64,000 bases of DNA from the human T2T-CHM13v2.0 reference genome, Homo sapiens. A program made the translations under genes and the position numbers. How positions within the stretch are numbered: the stretch's first letter is position 1; each line of letters begins with the position of its first letter. The DNA lies in NCBI RefSeq assembly GCF_009914755.1, contig NC_060937.1. The stretch is one strand, 5' to 3'. Below the pieces are notes generated by a model. That model searched no databases, had not been told where the DNA came from, and was given only the letters and a program-made list of their open reading frames with translations. This document shows, piece after piece, positions 1 to 11,839 of the stretch.

Positions 1-315
1 TCCAGGATGGACTTAAGCTAAGGCAGGCTCACCCAACAACTGCAGCTGGACCCTGGTTGCCCTAAAGCTGTGGCTACATGAAAGAGAACTTGTACTTTCT
101 TTGTAGAACTGGCTGTGGCTAAAAGGCAGGCAACCCACAGTTTCTGGCACAAAGGATTTCATAAGTTATAATATAGATAAGAAACAACTGAAAGAATACT
201 TTAGCCCCTTAGAAAAAGATGAGTTGATCCTTTCATCACACCAACTTCTCTGTCTAGATGATTAAAGGTGGCCTCCTTTGTACTTGAATGGCACAACATC
301 CACCAGAATTTAGGG

Positions 316-1116
316 TTATTCATTTTTATGCCTGCATACTGTTCCATAGTGTATATATACATTTTCTTTATCCAGTCTATTACTGATGGGCATTTGGGTT
401 GGTTCCATGACTTTGCTATTGTAAACAGTGCTGCAATAAACATACATGTGCATGTGTCTTTATAGTAGAATGAATTATATGCCTTTGGGTATATACCCAG
501 TAATGGGATTGCTGGGTCAAATGGTATTTCTGGTTCTAGATCCTTGAGGAATTGCCATGCTGTTTTCCACAATGGTTGAACTAATTCACATTCCCACCAA
601 CAGTGTAAAAGTGTTCCTATTTCTCCACAGCCTTGCCAGCATCTATTGTTTCTTGACTTTTTAATAATCGCCATTCTGACTGGCATGAGATGGTATCTCA
701 TTGTGATTTTGATTGGCATTTCTCTAATGATAAGTGATGTTGAGCTTTTTTTCATATGTTTGTTGGCCACGTAAATGTCTTCTGTTGAGAAGTGTCTGTT
801 CATACCCTTGGCCCACTTTTTGATGAGATCAAATCCTTTACAGGGACATGGATGAAGCTGGAAGCCATCATCCTCAGCAAACTATCACCAAACCAAACAC
901 AGCACATTCTCACTCATAAGTGGGAGCTGAACAATGAGAACACATGGACACAGGGAGGGGAATAACACACACCATGGCCTGTTGGGGGATGGGGGCGAGG
1001 GGAGAGAAATTAGAGGACAGGTCAATAGGTGCAGCAAACCACCATGCCACATGTATACCTATGTAACAAACCTGCATGTTCTGCACATGTATCCCAGAAC
1101 TTAAAGTTAAAAAAAA
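316..1116 (+). mobile_element. 5'-truncated, 5'-inverted LINE-1 (L1PA8A-like): inverted ORF2 C-terminal piece ~316-825 (-) joined to sense 3' end/3'UTR and A tail ~822-1116 (+)
   Basis: ORF 201..803(-) matches the L1 ORF2p C-terminus ([19 protein letters not shown]...[11 protein letters not shown]). 841-1116 is sense L1PA 3'UTR ending in an A tail. Direct repeat AGAATTTAGGG at 305-315 and 1117-1127. Confidence 0.93.
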
Positions 1117-4100
1117 AGAATTTAGGGCTTTTAAACATTTTTATTATATATTGTCAAACTACAGTTATATGTATTTATGGGATACAAGTGATGACATAAT
1201 TTTTAAATACAACACGGAATAATTAAATTAAGCTAATTAACATACTCATCACCTCAAATATTTAATATTTTTGTGATAAGAACATTTGAAATGTACTCTC
1301 TTAGCAAATTTAAAGTGCACAGTATTCAATTATTAGCTATTTTCACCATGTTGTGCAATAGATCTCGAAAACAAACAAACAAACAAAAAAACAGTTATTC
1401 CTTTTATCTAATTGGGGTTTTGTGCCCTTTGTCTTTCCTCTACCCCTTCTCACAGCAACCTCTGGTAACCACCATTCAACTCTCTGATGCTATGAAAGCA
1501 ATTGTTTTAGATTCCACACATAACTGAGAACAAGCAGTTTTTGTCTTTCTGTGCCTGGATTTTTCACTTAGCATAATTACAAATTTCATCCATTTGCTAA
1601 AAATGACAGAGTATCTCCCTTTTTAAAGGCTGAATAGGATTCTATTGTGTACATACACCACATTTTCCTTATCAATTCATCCATTGATGGACATTTAAGT
1701 TGATTCCTTCACTTGGCTATTGTGAATAGTGCTGCAGTAAACGTGGGAGTGCAAACATCTCTTCCATGTACTGATATCAAGCCCTCCAGGTAACTACCCA
1801 GGGATGGAATTGCTGGATCATACGATAATTCTATTTTTAGTTTTTTGAGGAAGCTCCAAACTATTTTCCACAATGGTTGTGCTAATTTACATTCTTACAG
1901 TGCACAAGAATTCTCTTTTCTCCACATCTTTGCCAATAGTTGTTATCTTTTGTCTTTTTGATAACAGTCTTGTTCTAAGAAGTATGAGGTGTTAACTCAT
2001 TGGAGTTTTACTTTGCATCTCCCCAGTGATTAGTGATGTTGAGCATTTTTAAATGTACCTGTTAGCCATTCACATGTCATTTTTTTGAGATATCTATTCA
2101 AGTCTCTCGCCAATTTCTTAATCAGATTATTTTTCTTTCTGTAGAGTTGTTTCAGTTCCTCATATATTTTGGATATTTATCCTTTATCAGATATAAGGCT
2201 TGCAAATATTTTCTCCCAGTCCACACACAGTGTCTCTTCACTGTGTTAATTGCTTCTTTTGTTATGCAGAGGGTTTTATTTTGATTTAATCTCATTTGTC
2301 TATTTTTGCTTTTGACACCTATGCTTTTGGGGTCAAATCTAAAAACATCATTGCATAGACTGATGTGATGCAGTTTTTTTCATATATCTTTTTCCAGTAG
2401 TTTTACAATTTCATGTCTTACATGTAAGTCTTAATCCATTTTGAATGGATTTTCTTATATGGTGTGAGATATGGGTCTAATTTCATTCTTTTGCATATAA
2501 ATATTCAGGTTTTCCAGTACCACTTACTGAAGACACTGTCCTTATCCTTCTGTGTCTATTTTTATGTCAGTACTATGCCATTTTAATTACTATCACTTTG
2601 TAGTATAGTTTAAAATCAGGTAGTGTAATGTCTCTAGCTTTGTTCTTTTTGATCATGATTGCTTTGGTTATTCAGGATTTTTTATAGGTCCATATAAATT
2701 TTAGGAAATTTTTCTATATTAATGAAATATGACATTAAAATTTTGATAGAAATTGCATGGAACCTGTAGATCACTTTGGGTAGCATATACATTTTAATAA
2801 TATTATTTATTCCAGTCTATGAAAACAGCATACCTGTCTATTTATTTGTGTCTTCTTTCATTAATATTTTACAGTTTTAAGTGTAGGGTCTCTCATCTTT
2901 TGGTTATTTTTTTCCTAAGTATATTTTCTGTAGCAATTATGAATGGGATTATTTTAATTTATTTATCAGATGGCCTGTTGTTAGTGTAATGAAACATTAC
3001 TGATTTTTTGTTTTAATTTTGTATCCTGCAATTTTATTAAATTTATCAGTTTTACAGTTTTTTGGTCAAATCTTTATGGTTTTCTATATATAATGTCATA
3101 TCATCCACACACAGTAACAGTTTCACTTCTTTCTGTCACACTTGGATGCCTTTATTTCTTTCTCTTGCCTTATTGGTCTAGCAAGCACTTCCAATACTAT
3201 ATTGAATTAAAGTGATGAGAGTAGGCATCCTTGTATTGTTCCAGCTCTTACAAAGGGCCCTTTTTAAAGGGTTCCAATTCTTTTACTATTGAGTGTAATA
3301 TTTACAGTGGGCTTATTATATATGGCCTTTATTACCTTTATTGTGTAGAACTTCATTACTTGTATACCTGATCTGTTGAATGTTTCATGACAAAATAATG
3401 TTACATTTTGTCAAATATTTCTTCTGTATCTAATGAGATGATATGATTTTTGTCTTTCATTCTGTTAATGTATTAACTGTATATCACATTTACTGATTTT
3501 CAAATGTTGAACCATCCTTGCATCGCAGTGATAAATCCCACTTGATCATAGTGAGTAATCCTTTTCATGTGTTGTCAAATTTATTCTGCTACAATTTTTT
3601 TGAGAATTTTTTCATCTATGGTCATCAAGCATAATAGCCGATAGTTTTCTTTTCTTTTTGATGTCCTACTAAGGCTTTCATATTAGCGGAATGCTGGGCT
3701 TATTGAAGGAGTTTGAAAGTATTCCCTCACCTTTGACTTTTTGGAAAAGTTAATTGAGAACTGGTATTATTAATAGTTCTTCTTTCAGTGTTTGGTAGAA
3801 TTCAGTAGCTAAGCCATCAGGTCCTGAGCTTTTCTTTGATGAGAGATATTTTATTATGGATTTAATTTCTTTATGCCTTATTAATATGTTCAGGTTTTCT
3901 ATTTCTTCATGATTTAATTTTGGTAGATTGTATGGATTTAGGAATTTACCCATTTCATCTAGGTTATTCAACTTGTTGATGAATAATTGTACATAGTAGT
4001 CTCATGATTACTCACATTTCTGTAATATCAGTTATAGTATCTCCTCTTTCAGTTCTGATTTTATTAATCTGAATCTTCTCTCATTTTTTTCTTAGTCTAC

Positions 4101-4618
4101 ATAATAGTCAATTTTGTTTATCTTTCCAAAAAACAAACTCTTAGTTTTGTTCATCTTTTCTACTGCTTAGCTTGGCTCTGCTACATTTATTTGTGCTCTG
4201 ATCTTTATTGTTTTCTTTCTTTTACTTAGTTTGTTCTCCTTTTGCTAGTTCCTTAAGGTGTAACATAGGTTGTTTATTTGGGATCTTTCTTCTTGTTTGA
4301 TGTAGGTATTTATTGCTATAAACTTCCCTCTTAGACCTGCTTTTGGTGCATTTTATAAGTTTGGTATATTGTATTACCATTTTTATTTATTTCAAGACAT
4401 TTTAAAATCTGTCTTTTAATTTCTTCCTATATCCTTTGTTTATGTAGAAACATGTTTAATTTCCACATATTTGTGAATGTTTCAAAATTCTTATTATTGA
4501 TTGCTAGTCTCTTTGTGGTTGGAAAAGATACTTGATGTAATATCAGTCTTTTAAAATAAGTTATGACTTGTTTTGTGGCCTAACGTAGTTTTTCATAGTG
4601 CGGTATGTTTCAAACCTT

Positions 4619-4644
4619 TGTGTGTGTGTGTGTGTGTGTGTGTG
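4619..4644. repeat. (TG)n microsatellite
   Basis: About 13 perfect TG units. Confidence 0.97.
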
Positions 4645-5893
4645 TCTCCTATAGATTTTTGCTTATGATTAATAAAGATCACATTAAATATCTCACTCTT
4701 ATAACAGCTGATAAAAACTTAACTTTGATTGCATACAACTCTACAACTTTATTTCCCCCACACTGTGTGTGTTTCTGATGTCTGAACTTACCTCATTTTG
4801 TAATATGTATCCCTTCACAGCTTATTTAGCTATAGCTGCTATTAATAATTCCATCCTTTCACCCTCATACTAGGAATAAAATAACTTTACACACCACCAT
4901 TATACTCCTAGAGTATTCTATATATTGCTCTGTATTACTTACCTATTACTTACACATTTTGTGGTTTCTAAGTTTTATGTTATTGATTATCAGCCTTTAG
5001 TTTTAGTTTAAATTGCTTCTTTACCAGTTCCTGTAAAGCAGGCCTAGTGGTAATGTACTTCCTTAGCTTTTGTTTGTCTGAGGAAGATTTTACTTTTCTC
5101 CCATTTCTGAAATACAGGTTTGCTGATAAATTATTCTTAATTATCAGGGTTCTTTGCTCTTCAGCATTTTTAATATATCATCCCACTTTTGGCTGACCTT
5201 CAGAGTTTCTTCTGAGAAATATGCTGATACTTATATTGGGACTTTTTGTTTTGTGACATATTTCTTATCTCTTACTGTTCTCAGAATTTTTTCTGTCTTT
5301 GAATTTTGATAGTTTTATTATTATGTATCATGGCAAACTCTTCTTTGGGTTGAATTTAATTTGAGACATCTGTGCTTCCTGTACCTAGATACTGGCTTGT
5401 TTGCTCAGATTAGAAAGTTTCCAGCGATTGTTTTCTAAGGATTTTCTGGCCTTTTTTCTCTTTCTTCTCCTTGAATTCCCATTATGTGTAGGTTAGGTCT
5501 CTTAATAGTGTTCATGATTACTGCAGACTGTCTTTATTTTTTAATTATTTTTTTCTTGTTGCTTCCCTAATTGGTTAATTTTAAATGTTCTGTATTCAAG
5601 CTCATTGAGTCTTTCTTCAGGTTAATAAAGCCTGCTATTGATGTTTTCTGCTGCATTTTTTAGTTCAGTCATTGTACTCTTTATCTCCAGGATTTACTTT
5701 TATTTTTTTACTGTTTTTATTTCTTTGTCAAATTTCTTATTTTGTTTGTGCATTGTTTCCCAAATTTTATTAAATTATTTATTTAAACAAGTAGGTTAAA
5801 GTTTACTGAACTTTTATAAGATAATTTTTCTGAATTTGTTTTTCTGTCATTCATAGATCTTTCTTTTTTAGGGCCCATTGTTGGAGCTGTGTT

Positions 5894-5895
<2 letters not shown>

Positions 5896-5924
<29 letters not shown>
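5896..5924. repeat. poly(T) tract, 29 nt
   Basis: Directly visible. Confidence 0.97.
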
Positions 5925-6739
5925 CCGGAAATGTCATAATTTCCCAAGTCTTTGTAATCCTTATTTTCTTGCATTTATGTTTGCACATTTGCAAGAGAAA
6001 GCCATCTTTTCTGGCTTTTATATGTATTCTCTGACAAGAATAAGACCTTCACTATTTAGTCTACCTGTGATTCTCTATGAGAATGTATTACTATTTTAAG
6101 TGTTGGTTACAATTCCTAAGAAAAATTAGAAAAGTGCCAGGATTTTCATTCCACAGCTAATTTTTTTTAGCATTTACCAAATGTACTATTTCAGCTAGAT
6201 GTTAAAACTTTGAATAAGGAAACCTCAGTTTGGGGCTAGTTTATCTGTTCATTTTTGTGTTCTGCTTATTCTTGGATTTGAATTTTTGCTGACTTTTCTA
6301 AATACTTTTATAAAACTGTAGTTTTATTATTATTTGTAATTCAAGCTTAAAATGTGTACCCTTGTCTCTAGGTATTTGATACAAAAAAAAAAAATAGCTT
6401 GAAAAGAGCAACGGCAAATAGTTCCTGTGGCTTATTACTGTTTTATTGTGAGTATAAATTCTTCCTTCCAATCTACACTGTGATTATCATTCAGAGGAAG
6501 CACTTAGTCTCCACTTCAAATATAGGAAGACTTCCCATTAACATCAACTAAAAGACTGTGAGCAAAGCAATAGCAGACTTTATAAGCACAAAACAGATGC
6601 CTTAAAGCAAAACATATGAAGCTTCAAATGACCCAAATAAGTCCATGAGAAATCCTGCCCTTTTCTAAATAAATAATTGATTACAAAATCATTTTTATGC
6701 TTAAAATGTGTGTAGCAGAGTGGAAAAGTTTATATTCCC

Positions 6740-6848
6740 AAAAAAGGAAAGAAAGAGAAAGAGAGAGACAGAAAGAAAGAATAAAGGAAGGAAAGAGGGA
6801 AGGAAGGAAAGAAGGAATAAAGAAAAGAAAACGAAAAAGAGGAGAAAA
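6740..6848. repeat. GA-rich low-complexity tract (GAAA/GGAA)
   Basis: Nearly pure purine run. Confidence 0.9.
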
Positions 6849-7397
6849 TAATATAAACTCAGTTTAGGCTAAAAATGGCAACTTTTACACATAGGTAAAT
6901 TTATGAATGTTTTCTTACAGTGAACCTTTAACAGACATCACAGTGATTAGAGTAAAATCGTACCCTATCGCAGTCAACAACAAGCAGAACATCCACTTCC
7001 TCCAATCCTAGGATGCTTTGATCAGCTGTCAGAAAGAGAATCTGGGACTGGACATTGCAAAGGCCAGCAAATTCTTTATTTATTTACAGCAGATGTGGGT
7101 TTACACAAATAATGCATGAAAGCTGGAATTCTGCCATAAATTAAAAGTTTATGCTGATGTTGCCTATAATTACCTAGAATGTATGGTACCATGTTCTTAT
7201 CACACGATTTTGCAAAAATTGTTCCTGGAGTCTTAAATTGATTAAAGTAAAATTTTACAGCACTTTGTTCAATGTTTTGGTGAGAAGAAGAGAGTATTAC
7301 TGTCAGTTACGAAGCCTTGGCTTATCTGATTTTGATTCCTGACTTCAGTACAGCTGTTTCTCCATGTGCATGCTGCAGAAAAGCGCAAGAAGGTGGG

Positions 7398-7800
7398 TGT
7401 GGTTGCCATGAATTGCATCACTCAGCTATCCTTCTGCAGGGATCATAAATAGCTGATGCTGTAGGCACTGCCACTCTGGACCCACCATCACAATTACTCA
7501 GCAGTGATGCTCCTCACAAGCTGTACCCAGCCAACAACTAAACATGACAGGTAGTTCCTATAAAGATGTAAGACTCTGCTGAGTCACTTTCATCCAAGGA
7601 CCCTTCACTGGACTGGCTAAGCCTCACTTAAAACTGTGCTGTAGTGTGAGACTCTCGCTATTGAATCCATTTTCCTTTCTTCTCTCCTTTCATAGGTATA
7701 GGCCTGTGTCATGGTCTGAATGAACTCTGCACTGGGTTCTGCACCCACCCCAATCAATCTCTCGTCTAATCCTGTCTTGGAATCTGCATATAGACAGATC
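7398..7800 (+). mobile_element. ERVL LTR, LTR16B-like
   Basis: Starts TGTGGTTGCCATG. Internal CCCAGCCAA...CAAGGAC...GAGACTCT and 3' ATCTCTCGTCTAATCCTGTCTTGGAATCTGC resemble the LTR16 family consensus. Confidence 0.7.
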
Positions 7801-8039
7801 TGTGGGAACTCGCTTTGCTTCCCATAAGTTCATCAAAAGACATCACATCTGAATAGAATGCAAGGTCTCTGATGAATAATAAAAACTAACTTATGTTCAA
7901 AATATGAATTATAGAATTTTCAAGAAATGAAATTTTATCATAGTCCAATAAACACACCATAATTAAAGTAACAAGGAATTGGCCAACAAAGTACCTTTAA
8001 TAAGTAAATATTGAAAGCATGTATTATATCACTTCTTTG

Positions 8040-9851
8040 GGAGGAAAATGGGCCAACTCTATATGTGGGTCTAAGCTGCAAATGAACTGCTACTGTACTG
8101 TAGCTCCATCAGGATGCCACTGGAAGTCAATGGTGAGGAAAAACTTTCCCAGTGGGCAGAGTTTCAGAGTTTTCACCTGTTTATCCACATTGTGTAGAAA
8201 AAAAGTGGCAAGGTAAGAATTTAAAGTGACTCATTGGTAGTGGCCAATGGCTTGGCTACTGTATATTACATATAAAATGTCCAGGGAAGACGCAAAGATA
8301 TATCTATGGGGACAGTCACTAGTAAGCAAATCTTCTTATTGCACATTAATGTCCATCAGATATTATTTACCATGGAGGAAATACAGAGATACCATGTAGA
8401 CAGAAAGGCTTGGCCAGGTGACACCAGCCAGCCTCTTCACTGGCTACCCTAGCTCTGGCACAATGAGCACCTCAGAAGAGTTACCATCGTGTCAAGAATC
8501 AAGAGTGTCTGGAGCCCCAAAAGCAAGGTCTTCCCTTTTCCATGGCTGTTTGAGTACTGCTACTGCAGAATATTTGACCTGCGAGCAATGAGGACCAAGG
8601 GTGAGCTCCCCAAAATGGCACCAACCTTTGAGGGGGTCAGCTAGCTACGTGGTGGGAAGTCGGTTTCTTGGAAGTAACAGTAATTCGTCTTGCCTAGAAT
8701 TGACATATATTCTGGCCATCAGGTTACCTCTCCTATCTTGTAAAATGTTAGCCCACACCATTCTCAAAGGACTTACAGAAGTTGAGTTATCTCACCTGGC
8801 ATTTCTTCATGTACATTGTGTTGAACCAAATGACCCACATTACAGCATAGCTGCAGAGGCAGCGACCATGAGACTGTGGGATTCATGGGCTCTCTCACAT
8901 ACCACAGCTCCCACAAGGCTGCTGGCCTGACAGAGCAACAGGGTGGCCCTTTGAAGGCAGACCTAAGGTGCAAGCTTGTGATACCATGTGACAATGGATG
9001 CCATCCTCCACTATATGTTATGTACCCCAAATCAAACACCACTAGGCAGGAAGGTCAAACTTCATTCATCGCTGAGCTGACTGCACCAAAATGGTGGCTC
9101 AGAGCTGTCTGCTGTGCCCTCAATAGGTAGAATGCTTGGGGCCATGAATAATGGTGTGGAAACTAGAGTGGCTCTGCCAATCCCCCAGTGATTCACCTGG
9201 AAAATGTATTTTTCTTGTAGCTAAAATTTGAGACTCTGTGGATCTATAGGCAAAATATACCCACAATGATACACAGCAAGAGTCCCATTAACTTTCAATT
9301 ATGCCTCTCGTTCAGTCACTTCAAGCTCCTTGTGCCAAGAGAGCAGCAGCAAGGAGAAGAGCTACCCATCCTAGCTAAGTGAATTAACCATGATCATGAA
9401 GAGAAACCAGGGATCTTATCACAAATGGGAACTAGTAAAAAAAACGTATTTGACACCCAGGTGATCCACTAGGGCATCCATTTATACACCCCTATCTGAT
9501 TTTCATGATGACTAAACAAATGCACAGCCTGTAAAAGGAACAATGATCAGAAGCTTGAGTCCCTTAGGGATGATGGTCTGGGTGCACCAGTAAGCTACAC
9601 AGATTGGCAGAGATGCTAGCCAAGATTAGGAGGCATCTAGAATGGGCAGTAGAAAAAGGAGATGATACGCACCATTTGAAGCCCTATGACCAGCTGTTGT
9701 GTTCTGTATTTTGTTCTGTATTTTGTAACACTGACTTTACACTCAATGGATTCCCAGGGCAAAGACCAAACAGCATCTTGGAGGAGCTGTTCCCAGTAGG
9801 GTAAATGAGTTAAGACTAAGAAAGCAGATCTGAGTGGTGCAGGGAGGAGAC
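8040..9851 (+). mobile_element. ERVL (class III, ERV3-16A3-like) internal fragment with degenerate RNase H and integrase
   Basis: 8130-8170 resembles the ERVL RNase H motif GEGKSSQWAEL. ORF 8876..9130 SLTYHSSHKAAGLTEQQGGPLKADL resembles ERVL integrase WSYHVPHHPEAAGLIERWNGLLK. Purine tract AGGGAGGAGAC lies just before the downstream LTR. Confidence 0.8.
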
Positions 9852-9965
9852 TGCAGTGGGTGCAGCGTGTCCTCAGGCTCTCCCTTCAAGATGGAGGCAC
9901 TCATTTCCCCACCTGCCAGGAGTTTTCCCAGCCAAGTTCTTCTCAGAAATGGTATTGGCTGAGTG
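9852..9965 (+). mobile_element. 5' part of an ERVL 3' LTR, LTR16C-like (truncated)
   Basis: TG start right after the polypurine tract. CCCTTCAAGATGGAGGCACTCATTTCCCCACCTGCCAGGAG resembles the LTR16C 5' end. Confidence 0.65.
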
Positions 9966-10879
9966 GGTGGTAATAAAGGGGAACCAGGTTACCATAGGTT
10001 TGTCTTCAGTCTGGTCCATTTTAAGAAGGATTACTTAAGGAATTCAAGGATCTTGAAATAAATTTTCTTAAAGCCACCCATTTCCCCCAATACCACAGGC
10101 AAGCCCTATGTACCTGCAAGGGTATTTCTACTTCAGCTTAAGACTCCCCCCGCTCATCATCCATTCACACTTAGAATATCATGGCTTTATCCTTACTGGA
10201 ATTCTGGTGTGCACTTTTCCATGCCACCTCTTTAGCTCCAATGTTATGGTTACTGTGGCCAGTGACCTTTTATAAACTGAAATCATGCCTCTTTGATAAT
10301 TTTCTCAAGGCAACTTCCCAGGGATCTTAGGAGACAGAAGCTGCTTCCCAGCAGGATGCACGGGCCTTGCATGGTCCAGCGCTCTGGGCTCTGCAGCCTC
10401 CTGCACTCACCAGGGTGGGGCGTCATGGACTGCAGCTCTTTCCCTTCTTCCCAGCACCTCCCTCTCACTGCCCTCCTTCTGGAATGACCTCCCCTCTTTC
10501 CATTCCCTTCACTCAGCTGTGCTCTAATCAAACTTCAGCACATCAGCTAGAATTTTACATTCTTGGGAAACTTTCCCAAATCAGAGAGAGTAAATCTTCT
10601 ATAACAAAGGTGACCATGTGTCCTGGTTTGTCTGGGCTGTCCAGGTGTCCACCAGTAGTCTGCTTACTGCCCCTTCTTTGCTAAACTAAGGCTTCTGGTC
10701 CCAACCTGTAACCCACTTGGAGGTGCAAAATGTAGGCACAGAATATATAATCCACTTCAGTTTCCAGAAGCCTCATAATAATATATTCTGTATTTGTGCT
10801 TTACAGGAATTATCCCAAATATTTAAAATAGTATTTGTGCCTCATAGATATCATCTCAACTATTTAAAATATGTATTAT

Positions 10880-11030
10880 CTTATTTGTTAATATATGTTT
10901 CCTTAGAGCAACAGTAAGAATCATGAAGGCACTATGTTTATCTTGTTCATCATTGAATTCCCAGCATAGGGTAGAGTCACTGACAAGTTGTAGATGCTCA
11001 ACAAATAATTCTTGAATGGAAGAGAGGTTG
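10880..11030 (+). mobile_element. L2 3' end fragment
   Basis: TCTTGTTCATCATTGAATTCCCAGCA...TAGATGCTCAACAAATAATTCTTGAATG is a typical L2 terminus. Confidence 0.7.
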
Positions 11031-11488
11031 AATGAAAACTGTTGGCATTGAAACATTATCCAATTGCTTTAACTGAGAAAGAACATTATCAGTTTATTCT
11101 ACCAATTATTATGAAATACTATATGTTCCATATAATATTCAACAGTATGGAATTTTATCCTTTTTAAAACATTTTACCAGGAATAAAGTGGTTTCTGGTC
11201 TTGCTTTAATTTGCATTTCTTTGGTAGCTAGGAAGGTAGACATTTCTTTTTACTATTTATATCCCATTGTGAATTTTCCATTCATTTCCTGAGCTCTTTC
11301 ATTTATTGTGATCTTAGTAATGTTCTCACATCTGCAAATACATTTATTTATAATAGGTATTAATCCTCTATCTCATATATGGGATGCAAATGTCTTCTTT
11401 ATTATTGTTTTCTTACTCCTTTCATTTCTATTGTTTTTCACATTCTATATGGTTAACATTTTATGGTAAAAGATCTGTCAACCATTTG

Positions 11489-11839
11489 TGTTACGGACTA
11501 AGTGTGTTTCCCAAAATTCATGTGCAGAAATCCTAATCCATAGGGTGATGGTGTTAGGAGGTGAAGCCTTTGGGAGATGATTAGGTCCTGAGGGTGCAGC
11601 CCTCTGAATGGGATTAGTGGCTTTATAAGGAGAGACGTGAGAGCTTTATCCCTCTGCTTTCTGCCACATGAGGACACAATGAGAAGGTGGCCATCTGTAT
11701 ACCAGGAAGCCAGACACCAGATTTGCTGGGGCCTGGATCTTGGACTTTCCAGCCTCCAGAACTGTGAGCAATAAGTGTTTGTTGTTGAAGCAACCCAGTC
11801 TGTGGCAATTTGTTACAGTAGGCTGAACTGACTGAGAAA
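11489..11839 (+). mobile_element. MaLR solo LTR, MLT1A0-like, within an old antisense L1ME fragment
   Basis: TGTTACGGACT start, GATCTTGGACTTTCCAGCCTCCAGAACTGTGAG core, about 350 bp. Confidence 0.85.

Larger units (their letters stand above)
1132..6060 (-). mobile_element. Old LINE-1 (L1MA7-9-like 3' end) with degenerate ORF2 and ORF1/inter-ORF remnants and internal deletions
   Basis: L1MA-type 3'UTR antisense at 1140-1600. ORF 3750..3971(-) NLDEMGKFL...SSGPDGLATEFYQTLKEEL is L1 ORF2p-like. T-rich antisense L1 composition throughout. Confidence 0.88.

Noticed and set aside
201-803. 200-aa ORF as a novel or domesticated gene
   Set aside because: It is the inverted L1 ORF2 C-terminus reading through the TSD into flanking DNA; there is no promoter or splice evidence.
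10605-10650. GGTGACCATGTGTCCTGGTTTG resembling a hAT-Tip100 terminal repeat
   Set aside because: Too short, and no convincing partner terminus or TSD was found.
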